From: Planctomycetota bacterium
GTDB lineage: Bacteria > Planctomycetota > UBA1135 > UBA2386
Length of the DNA: 64,000 nt
Assembly: GCA_965228735.1 (NCBI GenBank)
Contig: OZ245838.1
Span: forward strand, 5,728,001-5,792,000
Direction: 5' to 3'
How positions within the stretch are numbered: position 1 is the stretch's first letter; each line of letters begins with the position of its first letter. Made by a program: the position numbers and the translations under genes. Below are positions 61,110-64,000 of the stretch, piece by piece. The notes under the pieces were generated by a model. The model was not told where the DNA came from. It was given only the letters and a program-made list of their open reading frames with translations, and did not search any database.

Positions 61110-61964
61110 GTGGTGCTGTGTTCGTTCGGTTTCTCTCCGTGCCCCAACGACACGTTCGCGTTCTGGGCGGCGGTGCACGCACCCGTGGAGCCGGACGTCG
61201 TCCGCTTCGAGCCGGTGCTCGCGGACATCGAGACGCTCAACCTGCGCGCGATCGAACGGCGCGCGCCGCTCGCCGTCACGAAGCTGTCGGTGCCGGCTCT
61301 CGCGCACGTGACCGACGACTACGCGGTGCTCGCGGCGGGCTCGGCGCTCGGGTTCGGCTGCGGCCCGCTCGTCGTGTGTCGGGCCGACGCACCGTTCGGA
61401 GGGCTCGCGGATCTCGCTGCGGCGCGCGTCGCGATCCCCGGGCGCAACACGACGGCGGCGCTGTTGCTGGGCTTGTTCGGACCCGAACTCGGGCCCGCCC
61501 CCGTCGCGCTGCGCTTCGACGAGATCATGCCGGCGGTGCAGCGCGGCGACGTCGACGCGGGGGTGATCATCCACGAGAGTCGCTTCACCTATCAGGATCA
61601 CGGGCTGCGGAGCCTCGCCGATCTCGGTGAACTCTTCGAAGGCGCGACGGGCGGGCCGCTGCCGCTCGGCGTCATCGGGGCGCGGCGCGATCTCGGAGCC
61701 GAGCAGTTCGCGGCGATCGAACGTTCGCTCGCGGCGTCCGTGCGGAGCGCCCGCGAACGACCCGAACTGCCGCGACCGTGGATCCGGCAGCACGCCCAGG
61801 AGATGGCCGACGACGTCTGCGACCGGCACATCGAGCTCTACGTGAACGACTTCACGGTCGACCTCGGCGAACGTGGCCGCGCGGCGATCGCGGGCCTGCT
61901 CGCGGACGGCCGCGCCCGCGGGCTGTTGCCGAGCGGCCCCGGTCCGTTCCTGGGGGACCGATGA
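61110..61964 (+). CDS. mqnD: 1,4-dihydroxy-6-naphthoate synthase (futalosine pathway)
   Basis: FSPCPNDTF, DIETLN, GSALGFGCGP, IIHESRFTY, PLPLG, HIELYVN. Confidence 0.93.
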   Translation: MVLCSFGFSPCPNDTFAFWAAVHAPVEPDVVRFEPVLADIETLNLRAIERRAPLAVTKLSVPALAHVTDDYAVLAAGSALGFGCGPLVVCRADAPFGGLADLAAARVAIPGRNTTAALLLGLFGPELGPAPVALRFDEIMPAVQRGDVDAGVIIHESRFTYQDHGLRSLADLGELFEGATGGPLPLGVIGARRDLGAEQFAAIERSLAASVRSARERPELPRPWIRQHAQEMADDVCDRHIELYVNDFTVDLGERGRAAIAGLLADGRARGLLPSGPGPFLGDR

Positions 61965-63091
61965 CGTTTCCGCTGCTCGCGGCGCTCGCGCTCACGTTGC
62001 TCACGGTGCCGGTCGTGCTGGTGCTGAGCGTCGTGCAGCTCGTGCGTCGGCGGCCGCAGCGCGCGCTCTGGCGCCGCGCGGGCTGGCTGCATCTCGGCCT
62101 GTTCGCGGTCCACCTGTTCGCCACGTTCCCGCTGACGCTCGGCTACCTCGGCTCGCGGGTCATGGTGGGAACGCGGCCGCCGGATCGGCCGTATGCCGGA
62201 CCGCGACTCGGGCCGGACGGCGACCTGCTGATCCAGACGACGCGCACGTTGCGGGCAGAGGCGCGGGAGGGCGTGCAGGTCGACCCGGCGATCCTCGCCG
62301 GGGTGGCGAAGCGCACGCACACGGTGGCGAGCTCGGACGACGTGACCGTTCGGCTGTTCCGCGTCGAGCCGCGGGCCGGCACCCGGACGCGTGCGGTCGC
62401 GGTCCTCGTGCACGGCATGTTCCGGTGCGGGGTCGAGCTCGAGCCCGTGACCGAGATGCTGCGCGAGCTCGGCTGCGAGTGCTGGTTGCTCGAGCTGCGC
62501 AACCACGGCGGCAGTTCGCGGGCACCGTTCACCGGCGGAATCGGCGAGAGCGACGACGTCGTCGCCGGGGTCGAGTACGTGCGCGCGCAGCCGGGGAACG
62601 ACGGCCGCCCGCTCGTGCTCTACGGGGTCAGCCTCGGCACCGTCGCCATCGCGCTCGCGCTGCCGCGCATCGACGGCGTCGCGGCGGTCGCACTCGACTC
62701 GCCGATCGACGACCTGCACGCGGCGGCGCATCGCATGCTGTCGTTCGAACGACCGGGCGACCGGCGCTCCATGTTCGCGATGACCGAGCCGTGGCGGTCG
62801 CTGATCATCGGTTCGCTCGGCGCGTGGAGTGGCTTCCGGCTGCGCGACGTGTGTCCGAGCGACGTGCTCGCGACCCTGCCGCCGGATCTGCCGATGCTGC
62901 TCATCGGCGGCGGCCGCGACAACCGCGCGCCGGCCGTAACCGTCGAACGGATGTACGAGCGACTGCCGATGCCGGCCGCGCTGAAGGACCTCTGGATCGA
63001 GGCCGATGGCGAACACGGCGGCATGATCGACTCGCACACCGCCGAGTACCGCCGGCGGCTGGCGGCGCTGCTCGATCGCATGCGGCGTTGA
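61961..63091 (+). CDS. Membrane-anchored alpha/beta hydrolase
   Basis: Two N-terminal TMs; VHG, RNHGGS, GVSLG nucleophile, D and EH; ATGA overlap with mqnD. Confidence 0.85.
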   Translation: MTFPLLAALALTLLTVPVVLVLSVVQLVRRRPQRALWRRAGWLHLGLFAVHLFATFPLTLGYLGSRVMVGTRPPDRPYAGPRLGPDGDLLIQTTRTLRAEAREGVQVDPAILAGVAKRTHTVASSDDVTVRLFRVEPRAGTRTRAVAVLVHGMFRCGVELEPVTEMLRELGCECWLLELRNHGGSSRAPFTGGIGESDDVVAGVEYVRAQPGNDGRPLVLYGVSLGTVAIALALPRIDGVAAVALDSPIDDLHAAAHRMLSFERPGDRRSMFAMTEPWRSLIIGSLGAWSGFRLRDVCPSDVLATLPPDLPMLLIGGGRDNRAPAVTVERMYERLPMPAALKDLWIEADGEHGGMIDSHTAEYRRRLAALLDRMRR

Positions 63092-63107
63092 TCGGTCACT
63101 GGCCTGG

Positions 63108-64000
63108 CTACTTGCCCGTTTGGGCGACGAGCCACTTGGAGAACGGCTCCTCGAGCTCCTCGATCCGCCGGCCCAGCGCGCGATCGAACAGCGAGCTGCT
63201 GTCGCCGAGGCCGTCCGCGAGCGCCTGCCGCACGTAGTTGCAGAACGCGGAGCGCGTCGTGGGCCGGTTGTTCTTGTCGAACAGCCAGGTCACGAGCATC
63301 GTCGACGTCGCCCAGTGCACCGCGGTCGGCGTGTCGTCCATCAGGTAGTAGCCGCCGTACATCGGCAGGTGCAGCAGCGACGCGAGGCGGAACCCGCGGT
63401 TGACCGCCTGCAGCGCGAGCAGGTCACGGTTCTTCGGTCGCCCGGGCGACGCGAACCCCGCCGGCCCGGTCATGCAGTTCTCCATGAACATGCCGATGCC
63501 GATCTCGAGCCAGGCGCACGTGCGGTCGCGGTCGCTCTGGCGATTGACCTCGCCGATCATCGCGCGGTGCAGCAGGCCCTGCGTCGCGACGAAGAACAGC
63601 TGCTCCGGGCGGGCAGGAGCGCCGCCCTTGTAGTAGGTCCGCGCGACGTCGCCGTGCGGCGGTGGCTCGTAGTAGGCGCGCGGACGGAAGCCCCACTTCT
63701 GGAACGTCTTCGTCGAGTAGCTCATCCGGACGAGCACTGGCCGCAGCGTCTCGTCGAGCTGCAGATCGGCGCCCAACCGGTGGTAGAACTCGGCGCCGAG
63801 ATACTCGAGGTCGAGGAGCGCCGCGACCGTCTGCCGCACGTGGCCGTCGCAGCGCACGCGGAAGCGTTCGCCGGCGAGCTCGAAGTCGTCGTCGGCCACG
63901 GCCTTCTCGATCTTGCCCTGCGGCACCTGGCGCCGACCGATGGGCCAGAGCCAGCCCTTGCCCGACTTCTTGTGGCCGAGGAACTCGTGCGCCTCTCCGT
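63108..64000 (-). CDS. Hypothetical protein, DUF1570/peptidase-MA-like C-terminal part, 5'-truncated
   Basis: Frame open to the window end (AHEFLGHKK.G.GW); AWLEIGIGMFME and W..S.MLV.WL pattern; no intact HExxH. Confidence 0.55.
   Translation of the reverse strand, partial: GEAHEFLGHKKSGKGWLWPIGRRQVPQGKIEKAVADDDFELAGERFRVRCDGHVRQTVAALLDLEYLGAEFYHRLGADLQLDETLRPVLVRMSYSTKTFQKWGFRPRAYYEPPPHGDVARTYYKGGAPARPEQLFFVATQGLLHRAMIGEVNRQSDRDRTCAWLEIGIGMFMENCMTGPAGFASPGRPKNRDLLALQAVNRGFRLASLLHLPMYGGYYLMDDTPTAVHWATSTMLVTWLFDKNNRPTTRSAFCNYVRQALADGLGDSSSLFDRALGRRIEELEEPFSKWLVAQTGK

Overview
Very GC-rich bacterial chromosomal segment, densely coding (about 48 CDS, two cut by the window edges). No rRNA, tRNA, CRISPR array, transposase or integrase was recognisable. 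The gene mix points to a Planctomycetota genome (inference): four ECF sigma factors of different architecture, an ECF/Ser-Thr kinase pair, tandem sulfatases, a secretin-like orphan and many lipoproteins. Housekeeping genes include trmH-like, rarA, DUF72, M3 oligoendopeptidase, pepP, PepX-like peptidase, pyrC, mqnD and a 5'-3' exonuclease. Best leads: (1) a boxC-boxB benzoyl-CoA epoxidation operon with no boxA, where a thioredoxin-fold [2Fe-2S] ferredoxin follows boxB and two TGCA-N6-TGCA-like operators lie upstream; (2) an ECF/anti-sigma/miniature secretin-like three-gene cassette with its own ECF-type promoter; (3) an ECF whose region 2.2 DAED motif is replaced by STGD, next to a kinase; (4) a ~2020-aa DUF4011 helicase-nuclease (Hhe-like) coupled to a GH95 fucosidase; (5) a REP-like repeat found at two convergent junctions 36 kb apart; (6) twin CTTTG-N5-CAAAG palindromes before two membrane protein genes; (7) recurrent TANNNT boxes 7-10 nt before start codons, suggesting leaderless transcripts. 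Most start codons were chosen by eye, and all product calls rest on motif recognition rather than database searches.
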